Source: Octopus bimaculoides (Eukaryota). From it: DNA of 60,356 nucleotides. A model generated the notes under the pieces. That model was not told where the DNA came from. It did no database searches and was given only the letters and a program-made list of their open reading frames with translations. Both the position numbers and the translations under genes were made by a program. This document shows, one piece after another, positions 11,187 through 24,017 of this stretch. Positions within the stretch are counted from its first letter, which is position 1, and the number at the start of each line of letters is the position of its first letter. The DNA is taken from NCBI RefSeq assembly GCF_001194135.2, contig NC_068989.1, forward strand, positions 96,365,814 to 96,426,169, given 5' to 3'.

Positions 11187-11295
11187 CGACAGTCAGTTCC
11201 AGTTCTGCCAAAATAAATGCTGTTGAATTCTTTTGATCAGTGCCAGAGATCATTAAAATGCGAGTCAAATTCGAAAAGGCCATGCTCTTTGATAA
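11187..11295 (-). CDS. Candidate first coding exon, MAFSNLTRILMISGTDQKNSTAFILAELELTV(G); unverified
   Basis: Consensus donor TCG|GTAAGT with the intron starting at 11186. ATG at 11283 is in a strong context (AGCATGG). An in-frame TAG/acceptor TTTAG lies 12 nt upstream. In-frame alternative acceptors give 33-nt or 18-nt exons. No homology recognised. Confidence 0.35.
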
Positions 11296-11399
11296 CTAAA
11301 TTATACAGTTCTAGATTCCAAGGATTATGTCCTAAATGCTTTGAACATATGCACTCTTCAAAGTTCGGTTCTTGGCAAAACCTTCCTAACTGATTGGCA

Positions 11400-11615
11400 T
11401 GAAGTCACTCACCAACAAACACACTCCAGCTTTTGACCAGCAAGCCAATGAAGAGCTTCTACGTGATGTGGTTGCTTGATTTGCTGGAAATCGCAATCAA
11501 ACCTTCCTCAGATCACACTCATCTTAGAAAAAATGTTGTTGAATACTGTGGTCCTGAGATACCTGCGCATACGAAAATGACAGGATGGTCATGGGTGGAA
11601 TGCTTTTGATCATAT
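11400..11615 (+). mobile_element. Dispersed repeat, family C (GCTAGAAATAGCAGCCAAATC family)
   Basis: Related segments at ~9145, ~15040-15200 (-), ~15365, ~29345-29480 (-), ~58385-58570 and ~59280-59355. Confidence 0.65.
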
Positions 11616-11779
11616 ATATATACCTCAACAAGATTCACCTGAGATAAAAACCAATGACAATAACAACCACATCTGACCTATCAATGTCCTTTCCTCACCC
11701 TGTCTTTCTTCTGGTTACTATGGTCACCTCTGCCTGTCAGCATCTCTTTCTGGCCTTCCTTATCCCAACCCTTAAATAG

Positions 11780-12130
11780 AGAGAGATGGTGGTAAAGTGT
11801 CAGGGCGTACCCTCAAGATATGGCAGGGTGCAGGATATTGAGGGAAGGGTATTGCCAAAAGTGCATGAGTAGGGAGTAGGGACTTCCCGTGAATGCAAAG
11901 AGTGTGTGGGTGGGGAATACAATGCCTGGTGAGACCTGGGTGTATAGAGGGGGGGGGGCAACAGGATAGCAATGATACAATGAGGACAGGATTGGAGAGT
12001 GAGAGATAAATAAGTGTAATGGATGAAAAGAGGAGACGTGAGGAAGAGAAGAGTTGTAGTTTGGTTTGTTGAGATTGTGGGTGTGGGTGTGAAAAGTTTT
12101 ATTGTTGTGTGTGGATGGAACACACAGCAC
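11780..12130 (-). mobile_element. Decayed Penelope-like (PLE) fragment, post-RT region
   Basis: The translation LPHVSSFHP..IL..VFPTHTLFAF..SL resembles the PLE motif PLVxTFHP..IFPxPPLxAFRRxxSL. Confidence 0.45.
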
Positions 12131-12139
12131 TTCTAGAAC

Positions 12140-12285
12140 TCAGTTTTGTTGAAGTGGGTAGGTCTTCACAAGCACCTCATATCATCAGATACCTCCGTCC
12201 ATTGTCATCTCCTTCATGATGCCCAACCTCCTGAGATCGGTCCTCACTACTGCACCCCAGTTCTCACCACTTCAGATGAAAGGAC
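12140..12285 (-). mobile_element. RTE ORF C-terminal fragment
   Basis: VVRTDLRRLGIMKEMTMD; similar to the sequence near 37000-37080. Confidence 0.6.
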
Positions 12286-13137
12286 ACACACACACACACA
12301 CACACTTACTCTTAATACTTGCTTTCGTGTTGCTCTCATTGTGTGTTTCAGTTAAAACAGTTTTTTATTAGTAAAATAATGTCCTCTCCTATAAATGCCT
12401 TTATAGCCTCCCAATATAGAAAACTACTATGTGCCCACCTAACTTTCTCACACTATATATATATATATATAGTGGTGCATCAGCATGGCCGCAGCTCTAA
12501 GCTGAAACTTAAGAAAAAAAAAAAAAAAAATATGGGGATCTGTGTGTGTGTGTGTGTTCGTTTTTCATCTGTCACTACACCCCTGCATATAGTCAAAGGG
12601 ATAGGATGGCAAAAAAAAAAAACAGAACCAAAGCAACAGGACAGCTTTTTGATTAGGGAAGCAACCTGTTCACCACAGAGAAATCTGAATGCGAATGTAT
12701 GGTAATTTCATGTTCAAATTATATATCCAGCTAAATATATAATGCTCCTAGAATTTCTGATTGATGATATCTTACATGCTTCTACCACATGTACAATTTT
12801 ATTACTCCTATTAGCAAATGAAACATGTATAATAGTGAATAAATTATAACAAAAAATTTTCCAGTCTCCTCTTTCAATATTATTTCTTTACAGAAAATAT
12901 TTACCAGAATTTTCACTTCTTATGCATAACTCACACAAATAAAATATCTATATCTGGATTTGGAATACTGGAATAAACACATGCACTTCAAGATGACCCA
13001 ACTTGAATTTTAACCCTGTTTACATAATATTCTGCTATCTGTCTGTTTGTCTGTCTGTCAACATGTTCTGTTAATTGTGTATGTGTGAACATATGTATGT
13101 TTGTGTCATTGTGTCTTGACAGTGCATGATTATTGTA

Positions 13138-14042
13138 CGCGGTGGTGTCAAAAAGTTCCCAGACTAATTCTGTTTAATAAAAATAACTTCTTTCTCGAAG
13201 TTTTCACATCATCACTTTCAAAATAGTCATCTTGCACAAGAATACACTGGTCCCAGCATCCTTGCCACTTTTGGAATCTGACCTGGAAGTTGTTTTCCAT
13301 AAATGAGCCGAGGCCTTCAGTGATTTACTCTGGATCTTCATAACGGTGTTTAAATAGCAACCGTTACATCTTGGGGGAGGGATAGAAGTCCACAGGTGCT
13401 AAATCTGGTGAATAAGACAGGTGTGGAAGTAATACCATGTTGTTTTTGGTAAGAAACTCATGAGTGAGGGGGGTGGGGAGCTTAGTGACAAGATGCATTG
13501 TCATCGTGAAGAATCCAGTTCTTCACGCTCCACAGATTTCGTTACTTTCACTGAATATCCTCCCACAAATGCTTTAAAATGTCACAGAGTAGAATTCTTG
13601 ATTGATGGTCTGACCCTGGGGGGATGAATTTTCAATGCACAATACCATATTTCTGGGTGTGACACTCATGACAGGTCTTCCAGATCGTTTATCTTCCAGG
13701 GACATTCTTCCACTTTTGAAGTACCCATACCACTCAAAACATTGTATACAACCCATTGCCTCATTGCCATAAGCTTACCAAAGCAAGCTCAATGTCTTGG
13801 TAGCAGACTTCCCAAGTTTAATGCCAAATTTCACATTGGCTTTTTGTTCCTGTTCATGACAAAATCGCAGATGACAGCACACGTTGGAACATAAATTTCA
13901 CAACTTGCAAAGTAAACACAGTGATGTCACTCAACACGCTGCCTCATGAAAGTCGCTTCTAGCTTTCACTGTGCAACAGCCATGTGCTGCCATCTGTTGA
14001 CATGCTGTAGAACTACTCTGAGAACTTTTTGATACCACCTCA
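13138..14042 (-). mobile_element. Internally deleted mariner (DD34D type)
   Basis: ~28-bp TIRs (CGCGGTGGTGTCAAAAAGTTC / TGAGGTGGTATCAAAAAGTTC), TA on both sides. QCFEWYGYFKSGRMSLEDKRSGRP is joined to PQGQTINQEFY, followed by WILHDDNA and FQKWQGCWDQCI..DYFE. The element splits a family D SINE at a TA. Confidence 0.9.
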
Positions 14043-14044
14043 TA

Positions 14045-14226
14045 AATGAGTGTTACTTATTTGCAAAAACATGTCTGGCCACTGGGAAATATTTTGTATG
14101 GAAGGTAAAGGTCGGTGACAGGAAGAGCATCCAAGTGTAGGAAAGTTGCATCAGTAACCCTCATTTGCCCCATATAATCATTGGAAAAGGAGACATTAAG
14201 ATGGTGATGATGATGATGATGATGAT
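14045..14226 (+). mobile_element. Family D SINE 3' half with RTE-like (GAT)n tail; the 5' half lies at ~13090-13137
   Basis: AAAACATGTCTGGCC..GGTGACAGGAAGAGCATCC..ACATTAAGATGGTGATGATG. Other copies at 15405-15650 (-), 18570-18755, 42735-42965 and 57375-57590 (-). Confidence 0.75.
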
Positions 14227-15647
14227 ATAAACATAAGCAACAGGCTTCCTACTGATTCTATTGACAAAATTCAACCACTGGAACTGAACCTGAGATCATT
14301 GGCTTACAAAGTAAGCTTCTTAATGAGACAGCCATGTATGTATGGATGGATGTATGTATGTATAAGTATCTGTGTGTCGTATGGATGGATAGACAAATGC
14401 ATACATCTACAGACAGACAGACAGACAGATTTGGATATATTTAATGTTCGACACATTCTTGGTTACTGTCCTTCGTTTGACTAACTCCAAAGCAAACAAG
14501 TTTAACAGAATTATTATCATTCATTTCTGCTTTAGTTGTGTTTTCTAAATGTATCACAGACTCCATGTTTGGTTGTGCAATGACTGAAGACAAAACCCAA
14601 TTGCTGTTGTAAAATATCAAGACATGGAACAAAGATTTTCTTTGAGAATGGAGCGAGTTTTGCAGTTGTTTTTAGTAAATGACAAGTTTAGCTTTGTTAC
14701 ATGTCTAAGAGAGACACAGCAACATCAATAACATGAACAACCATGACAACAACAAACCACATGAAAAGAAAAAAAGAAGAAATGTTAAAATTGCTGCAGT
14801 AACTTCTGAAAATAGTTTCATTGCCTGAAGTTTATTGGTCAGAATGACAGGAAACATTTCTTCTTGAACCTCGCGAGATGCGACTTTGAAAAAAAAATAT
14901 TGTTTCGAATCCAAGTTGGATGTGTTTTAATTGTAACATATTATTGATTAGTTCAGTCTCATCAATTGATCTTTATTTAGTTGTAGTTGTTGTAGTGGTG
15001 GTGGTGGTGGTGGTGGTGGTGGTTCATTTCAAATCCGGCATGCCTAAGCTATCATCAAATGCATTCCATCCATGACCATCTCATCTGTTTTAGCAGATCT
15101 CAGGCTATCTTACCGACTCTGGCCTTCCTTATTTTGTTACTGAGGCATGGAATGATTTGAGAGAATTTAGTTGCTGTATGAAGCAGATTGATTAGCCCCA
15201 TTGAGACTCCAGTAGTAGTAGTAGTAGTGGTAGCCCCTCACAGTATCAATTGACAATAAGCAAGGTGTTATCTAATACCAACAGTTCTTGTTAGGCCTCA
15301 TTTGTGCTCAGTTGTTTCTGTTTCTTTGGCCACAGTACAAGAGAAATACTGCAACATGATCCATTGATCTACTAGAAATAGCAGCCAAATTTCATTTCTC
15401 AAATCACATCATCGTCATCTTTGTTTTAACATTTACTTTCCCATACTTGCTTGCTTGGATCAGACAGAATTTATTGAGGAAGATTTTCTATGGCCGGATG
15501 CCCTTCCTGTCACCAACCCTTACCTGTTTCCAAGCAGGGTATTTCCCCACGGCCAGACATGTTTTTACAGAACATTGGATAGGAATGACACTACTTGTAT
15601 GATAATGACTCATATTTAAAATTATCACACACTGCCATGACAAGGAG

Positions 15648-15685
<38 letters not shown>

Positions 15686-16194
15686 AAAACCATGTGGTTA
15701 AGAAACAAATTTCTTAACCCCACAGCCATGCCTGTACATAACCAGCATGGTGGTTCTAAATTAAACATCATCATCATACAAGCAGTGTTGTTTGTTTCTA
15801 GTCTTCTGTGATAAACATGTCTGCATTACTATAGACAACCATCAATCCTGCAGACAACCAGTAATACTATAAACTGCAAGTATTACCATAAATGCCACTT
15901 TGCTTAGTTAATTACCACCCATTTAAACTTTTTTTTTGAGTCTAATAAAGAATGTTTTAGAATTAACAAAACAATAGCTTTTTTCACCAACTACTTAAAG
16001 GACAGGAAGAGAAATCGTGTGACTATTTTGCTTTCTTATAGATTAGTTTGAATCTCATTAATTAAACATTTTGGGTTAATTCTTGGAAGGGGAAGATGAG
16101 AAAATTTGTTGAAATCTAATAGTGTTTGGTATCACTGGCAGAATTATTGTTCCTGATGTGCCCATGGGAAATAACAGCATCCGATGTTTTCCAT

Positions 16195-16347
16195 TCACGT
16201 GTTAGATTCTGGTTTCTTTTCACATTTCCAATAACTCTCTAAGTATTCTGAGCAATAATTCGTAATGTCTGCTGGACGCAGTACTTTCTTGACAGTGGTT
16301 GAGATCTGACAGCTACTTTCATCTCCTAAAAACTTGTGGTTTATCAT
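16195..16347 (-). CDS. Candidate terminal exon, MINHKFLGDESSCQISTTVKKVLRPADITNYCSEYLESYWKCEKKPESNT*; unverified
   Basis: Acceptor TTATTATCTTATACTGCAG directly followed by a 50-codon open frame in non-repetitive sequence. Confidence 0.25.
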   Translation of the reverse strand: MINHKFLGDESSCQISTTVKKVLRPADITNYCSEYLESYWKCEKKPESNT

Positions 16348-17516
16348 CTGCAGTATAAGATAATAACAATTTACAATGTCTTTGGGTCATGCCTTATTAT
16401 CTTTACTGTACAGTAATGGTTCGTTAAGTTAATTAACTTCACTAGAGTTAAAATTCTGCTCTCAAGTAATGCTTTGAAATTAATATAGTTGCTATCATTT
16501 TATATTTTTTTTCTTTTCTTTTCTTTTTTTTTGTTCTGTTGTCTTTTCGTCTTTTTGTTCAGAAGACAAAAGGTTTGTATCTTTTGGCTTTTGAGTGTTC
16601 TGGATTGAAACATCTTAGACATTTTAGTGGAATTTTTGATTTTCATTGAATGGCTGTAATTTACTGTGGTGTACTATTTAAATAAAGTGCTTACAACAAC
16701 AACAACAACAACAACATCGGAAAGGTGTCACCATCAGTGCAACAAGATCATCAGATTTACAACACTAATAATAATGTCTAATAGACATGAAACATTGATA
16801 AAAACGAAAAAAAAACACATCTAAAAAGTTATATAAGAAAATAAAATTAACTCTGGATAATGCCATTTTATCGTAGAAATAAAAACGGGTGGAAAATTAT
16901 CGTGTTTATAGTGTAAATTGTAAGTAATGTAGTATAATATCAGCTAGACTTTCCTGGTTAATGTTAATGTCTTGTTGGTGTATATCAAAGCCTTCTTGCA
17001 GTCAATAATAATTTGCTATTGTTTGTCTTATCAGTGAAACGTCTTTTCTTCGTTAATATTCCTTTATTTCTTCACCATCTTTCATCTCTTTTAAGTAAGA
17101 TATCAGTGTCTGTGTCTCTATCAGTTTAAATAAGTAAACATCTCTCTCTCCATCTCTCTCTCTCTGTCTCTCTCTCTTTTTCTCTCTCTCTTTTTTTCCA
17201 CACACACACACACGTATATATACATACATAAAACACACACACATTTATATATATGTATGTATGTATTATGTATCTGTATATATACGTGCGTGTTTGTGTG
17301 TGTGTGTGTATATACATATATGTATCTTTGCAAGAAATGCTACACAGCTGATTTAAATCAGATCTTCTACAGAATGTATTCTTTGTGGCAGGAATAACTG
17401 TAGAGAATTGATTTAGTTTACTCTTTCATATGTGTGTATGTCTGTGTGAGCATATGCATTTGTATATAAGGAATGTAAATAATGTGTGTGTGTGTACACA
17501 GATAGATAAATAGATA

Positions 17517-17593
<77 letters not shown>

Positions 17594-17691
17594 CTGTAAT
17601 AATTTTGTGTTATTTATATTCAAATTGATGGCAGTGGTATCTCTCACAACTTCAAAACATTCCTTTTAATCTTTTTTTTTTTACCTATGGA

Positions 17692-17723
<32 letters not shown>

Positions 17724-18320
17724 CAAGCAGAAGAATGATAAATCATACTCTTCATGATGGCTTAAACTAAAATATTGCATAGAAAAGAGAACATCTATAA
17801 GAATGGTAAATATTGTAATGGCAACAACATTGATGGTGGCGGCAGCGGCTGTGACAGCAGAAAACAGCAATGATGGTGAGATACAATTGACTCTGAAATA
17901 AACACATTTTGGTAACTGACTATATTTTGGAAGTCTACAGCAGACATTGGTGAGAATGTATGTAGATGCATTAACATGTTGATTGCCTTCATGCTATATA
18001 CACTCAGCTTTTTTATGAAAACTCAGTGCCCCATGGCCTCAGCACAAAACCAACAAGGAACTTGACAGACACACACACACTTTCACCCTTTTCAGCTATT
18101 GTTGTTCAACACAAAGCAAGAATGGTTTGGTCACTGTTGTTGTACTGAACAAGAGACCATGTCCTATTTTGGAAAGTTTCACACCTTGGAAGAGGATGAA
18201 GACCACTTAACCTCATTGATGTTATTGGCAGAGAGACACACTTCAGTCCCAGGTCAAGCTATGTCTTGCGGGTGGATTTGATACAGGCAGGAACTAAAAG
18301 AAACCTGTCATAATGTATAT

Positions 18321-18557
<237 letters not shown>

Positions 18558-18794
18558 GAGAGAGAGAGAGAGCTGTGCATGTTTGTATCTTTGTCCTGAC
18601 ATCACATGGTTGTAAATGAGCATCACCATCATACAAGCACTGTTGTTTATTTCTAATCTTCTGTGATAAACATATCTGGCTATAGGGAAATATTACCAAA
18701 TTTGGAAACAGGTACGGGTTGGTGACAGAAAAGGCATCTGGCCACAGAAAACAAGCAAGAATAATTTAGTGAATTGTGCCATGCCATTGCTAAT

Positions 18795-18945
18795 TGTTTA
18801 GGTACACAGCCTCTGCCCCAGCATATAGCTGGTATTCATTACAGCTGAATTAACAGGAGCAACATGGAATGAAGTGCCTTGCTCAAGAGTACAAAGTACC
18901 ACCCAGTTCAGGAATTGAACTCACAACATTGACATTATGACCACT
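18795..18945 (-). mobile_element. CORE-type SINE fragment
   Basis: GAGTTCAATTCC followed by CTTGAGCAAGGCACTTCATTCCATGTTGCTCC. Similar copies at 30465-30580 (-) and 48600-48770 (+). Confidence 0.65.
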
Positions 18946-20957
18946 CACATGCAATATATATATACATATATATATATATAAAGCATTGTAAAGCTGTTGG
19001 TGTTAGGAAGGGGCATCCAGCTATAAAAACCCTGCCAAAGTAGATAGTGCAGCTTGGCACAATCTTCTGGTTTAGCAGCGCCTGTCGAACCATCCAACCC
19101 ATACCAGCTTGGAAAATGCATACTAAAGGATGACATTATACTCATGTCACATAAATGTAAATTTAATGTACAGATTTGTAATTAAATTATTGAGCATTAT
19201 TTGAAACAGTTATAAGAAACGAAGATGACCAATTTGTTGTTAATAATAAACAATTATTAACTTCCTAATCACCTTTTTTTTTTCTTCTTTTAAATATATA
19301 ATTCAATATTTATCTCATTTCAGAAGTCCCCCCCCCCACCACCACCACTGCTTGCATTGTCCTCCATCACCAGCATGGTTACTGATTACTACTTCTATTT
19401 AACTGCCACCACCCCCATTTACAACCCTCACCCTCCCTCACTCCCTGCAACTAGACCCACCAAGTAGTAACAGAACTAGCAGAACAAAAACAATGCAGCT
19501 TCTTTCAGAATTCCTGACATGTTAAGTGGGTAAAACAGAGAATGGTTAGCATGGCAGAACAACATTCAGGAAAAAACATAAATACTATGTGCACATGTAG
19601 TTCTCCCTTTCTCTCTCCTTTTCTCTCCATGTGTGTGTGTGTGTGTGTAAAACCATATGTCAATATGTACTTGTGAATGTTTTAGTTGTTGTTGTTGTTT
19701 AGTCCCAGGTCTGTCTTAATTGAAGAAACTTCTGTCGAGTTACCATGCAGAACCTCTCTCCTTGGTTCCTGTATCCCAGATAAAACTCTCATTATGTATA
19801 TATCATGCATATATATATATATATACACACACATACACACATACACATATATACACATACACAAACACATGCTCAAGCCACTTGGCAATAATATAAACAA
19901 GTAGTGTAGCTATTAGTAGTCATGAAGATTAAAAGGGGGCCTTCATTCCTCTTTCAAGGATATAAGACTGTAAGGGTTTCTCATATATGCACCCCCCCCC
20001 CNNNNNNNNNNNNNNNNNNNNNNNNNNNNNNNNNNNNNNNNNNNNNNNNNNNNNNNNNNNNNNNNNNNNNNNNNNNTAAGACTGTAAGGGTTTCTCATAT
20101 ATGCCCCCCCCCCCCCAGACACTCTTCCTTTCAAATTCTTGTTAAATCTAGAAATTTATGAAAGTCTTCACATTTTGATGCATTTTGCAGAGAGTTGAGA
20201 GAACCAGGAATCCATTCAATGTAGGTTTCTTTCAAAGAGGGGTGGGTGGGTGGCGCAATTATTTGGAGATGAAATGAGAAGAGAGAGGAAGGAATGGGGT
20301 GTGGTTTCTGAGAGTTGCTGGGAAGGAAATTTGCTTTTTATCTCATTATTTATTTATTCTCTTGTTATCCAGTCTTGCAAGTAATTTCAACATCAGACAA
20401 CTCCCCCCCCCCTCCCAAAGACATGGTTAATTTCCTGTGCTATACCTACAGGTGTGGGTGATCATGAACCACCATGCAAAAGACTAAAGATTAATGATTT
20501 TTCCTGAGAAAAATACAGTAGTGATTCCTTGTTACCTTCTATCAGGAGTTGAACACACAGCCTTATGGTCATGACCTGAATGTCTTAACCACTAGGCCAT
20601 CTAACAACATGGAATGAAAGACAATAGCAAGTTCATGACTGCCCACCTCCGGCTCATTTTTCAGCAGTTTGTTTACATTTTACCCTGTGAGTTTTTTCCT
20701 TTCCTGAGATTGCCCTCAAGAGCAAGCTCATTTACTTTTAGACAAGGGGGACCTCAATCACATGATATCAGGTCCCACACATTTCTGGGCCTGTGTGACA
20801 CATGTCTCAAGGCAAGTACTCCTCTGATTCTTGTATGCCTTAGCCATACAACCATCATGCTGCTTTTAATCTCTAACTGGGTTCTCAACAGTTACTGCTA
20901 CCCTTGGCCAGAATCTGTTTTTGAGTTGTAGTAAGCAACGAATAACTCCATACTCCC

Positions 20958-21324
20958 TACACTTTCAGAGCATCCATCCCTGCTACTGACTTGGTCACCT
21001 AGGTAACGGAAGCTATCAACTACTTCTAGTTTTTCTCCTTGGAATGTGGCAGAAGTTGTCCTCTGCACATTTTCAGTGTTTATTGTTCCTGAGCATCTGC
21101 CACATACAAAAACTATCTTCCCAGTTAGCCTCCCTTCGATATTGCTGCACCTCTTATGTGGCCATAGTTCACACCAGGTACATCGTATGGAGTTTCTACC
21201 CAGGGCTTTCCTACAGATTGCGCAGAGCCATCTACCTGAAGGGATTTGTGGTTTGTCTGCCTTCCTACCTATTAAGACTTTGGTTTTTGCCAGATTGACT
21301 AAGGACCCTCGATTCTAGACCTTG
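20958..21324 (-). mobile_element. RTE LINE RT fragment with an embedded PHD finger
   Basis: A 114-codon open frame: VNLAKTKVL..WLCAICRKALGRNSIRCTWCELWPHKRCS..FVCGRC..LEVVDSFRYLGD..GCSESV. It is truncated by an assembly gap. Confidence 0.88.
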
Positions 21325-23401
21325 NNNNNNNNNNNNNNNNNNNNNNNNNNNNNNNNNNNNNNNNNNNNNNNNNNNNNNNNNNNNNNNNNNNNNNNNNNNN
21401 NNNNNNNNNNNNNNNNNNNNNNNNNNNNNNNNNNNNNNNNNNNNNNNNNNNNNNNNNNNNNNNNNNNNNNNNNNNNNNNNNNNNNNNNNNNNNNNNNNNN
21501 NNNNNNNNNNNNNNNNNNNNNNNNNNNNNNNNNNNNNNNNNNNNNNNNNNNNNNNNNNNNNNNNNNNNNNNNNNNNNNNNNNNNNNNNNNNNNNNNNNNN
21601 NNNNNNNNNNNNNNNNNNNNNNNNNNNNNNNNNNNNNNNNNNNNNNNNNNNNNNNNNNNNNNNNNNNNNNNNNNNNNNNNNNNNNNNNNNNNNNNNNNNN
21701 NNNNNNNNCAAGATTTTAAGCTTCAGAGTTTTAAAAAAGATGTTTCCTGAAAACACATGTATTGTGTGCACACAAACACATACACGAAACCACATCCACC
21801 TACACTCAAACGCATACACACACACTCAAAATGAAGCCATACAGAACCGCACATGCACACAGCTACACATACACACACATTATACATGTTATTTTTTGTT
21901 TTGTTTTTCTTATGTATGTAAGCAGTCATATTCAACTAATTTTGAGAAATTGTTTGCTGAGTTAATAACACTAATATAAATTGCCAAGTATTTATGACTG
22001 AAGAATAAATATTTTACTAAAGGATGTAACAAAAATAAAAGCTAATTAGTCAATTTAGAGCAAAAAATGTAAAGAAAAAAATTTTGAAAATGTTGATAAT
22101 TATAATAAATTCCCCATTATTATTGGAAATTATTAAAGAGCATATTGATTAATTGAAATAATATATTATCAAAATATAACCAAAGTATGTATAAGCAATA
22201 ATTGTGAGTACACACACACACATACACACACATTCACACACACATACATTCACACACACATACATTTACACATACATACACACATACATACATGCATATA
22301 TACATACACACACACAAACACACATATATACGCACTCATATAAATACATACATTCGTACTAGTCAGGTATAACATAGTTCCACAAATTTGTTGTATTGGG
22401 ATATACATGTGATTGTCTATATGTATGTGTGTGTGTGTCTGTGTCTGCATGTGTATGTGCATATATGTCAATGTATATATTTAAATATAAAAGTATATAT
22501 ACATGTGTATGTATATTTATATATATACACACGCACACACACTTTTGTATCTGTATATATGTATATATTTAAATATAAAAGTGTATATATATATACACAC
22601 ATGCCCATAGGTGTGTGTCTGTGTCTGTGTGTGTGTGTGTGTGTGTGCATTTAGTTGTGTGTCTGTAAATACAAACAAAGTCTCATAGATTTATTAATAT
22701 AGTTTTGATGATGAGCTTTGTTAATGCATATTGAATGATATCATAATAACGATCTTAATGTATCTTAACCTTCACCATCACCCCCTGACCCCACCCCCAC
22801 CCCCATGGATAAAAGCAACTTATCCATTTTTGTTGGGGGAAAAGGAAAAGGTAGCTGTTTAGCCAACTGAACCATTGGTTTTTTTATGATGATGAAGAGG
22901 ATGATGATGAAGAGGATGATGATGATGATGACCACCATCATCATCATCATCATCATCATAGTCACCACACTGGCATGGGCTGGATGACTCATTGCCACTC
23001 TTATTTGATGAGTCAGATGATATCATATCTCCTAATTTACATTTTTTTGATTTGGTTTGTACAGTTGGATGTCCTTCCTGATGCCAACCATTTTACAGAG
23101 TCCACTGGGTGCAATTCCTTTTGTGGCACCAGCACTAGAGAGGGGTGGTGGTGTCTTTAACAAGACTAAATTCTCTCCACACTCAACAGACCAGCTCCAT
23201 GCTATCATGGTGCCAGCAAATTCTTCTAATCTCAGACTCATTTTATATTGGTGTTGGTAAAAGCTGTAGCTTTGGAAAGAATGCATTTAGAGATTTAGAA
23301 AGAATAAATTTCAGTAATATCAAACAGAATTAATTCATCGTGTTGTTTGCCAATAATACCATTCAACCATTTTACTACAAGGACAATATTGCTCTATGGT
23401 A

Positions 23402-23615
23402 AGGCAGCGAGCTGGCAGAATCATTAGCATACCTGGTAAAACGCTTAGTGGCATTTCATCTGTCTTTATGTTCTGAGTTCAAATTCTACCTTGGCCAACT
23501 TTGCTTCTCGTCCTTTCAGGGGCAGTAAAATAAATACCAGTTGCGTACTGTGGTTGATGTAATCAGCTTATTCCGTCTTGAAAATTGATGACCTTGTGTC
23601 AGAATTCGAAATAGA
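23402..23615 (+). mobile_element. SINE family B (full length)
   Basis: GGCAGCGAGCTGGCAGAATCATTAGC..GAGTTCAAATTC..AAATACCAGTTGCGTACTG. Other copies at 27955-28085, 38815-38990, 44660-44835 (-) and 59870-60005. Confidence 0.8.
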
Positions 23616-23655
23616 ATATTGTTCTATGGTGATTGAGAAATTACATTTCTTATGA

Positions 23656-23972
23656 TAAAAAAAACGTTGCCCTTTCAAAGCCTAGCCAGGCTCATGGGCC
23701 CGGTTTCCCGGTTTCGATGGTGTATATGTCCTCCCCACCTCAGCTGGACAGGACGCCAGTCCATCGCAGCGTTACTCAAGAAGCAGGAAGAAAAAGTGAG
23801 AGAAAGTTGGGGCGAAAGAGTACAACAGGGGTCGCCACCACCCCCTGCCAGAGCCTCATGGAGTTTAGGTGTTTCGCTCAATAAACACACACAACGCTAG
23901 GTCTGGGAATCGAAATCGCGATCCTCCGACCACGAGTCCACTGCCCTAACCACTGGGCCATTGCGCCTCCAC
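23656..23972 (-). mobile_element. Young tRNA-derived SINE with a V-like domain and a perfect 13-bp TSD
   Basis: Head GGCGCAATGGCCCAGTGGTTAGG..TTCGATTCC; V-domain-like GCGATGGACTGGCGTCCTGTCCAG; T-rich tail; TSD ACATTTCTTATGA at 23643-23655 and 23973-23985. Confidence 0.9.
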
Positions 23973-24017
23973 ACATTTCTTATGAAGAAATCTAAAATAT
24001 GTTTGCTAACGCTGCCT

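Noticed and set aside
19963-20116. Direct repeat TAAGACTGTAAGGGTTTCTCATATATGC-polyC on both sides of a gap
   Set aside because: It is almost certainly overlapping contig ends (an assembly artefact).
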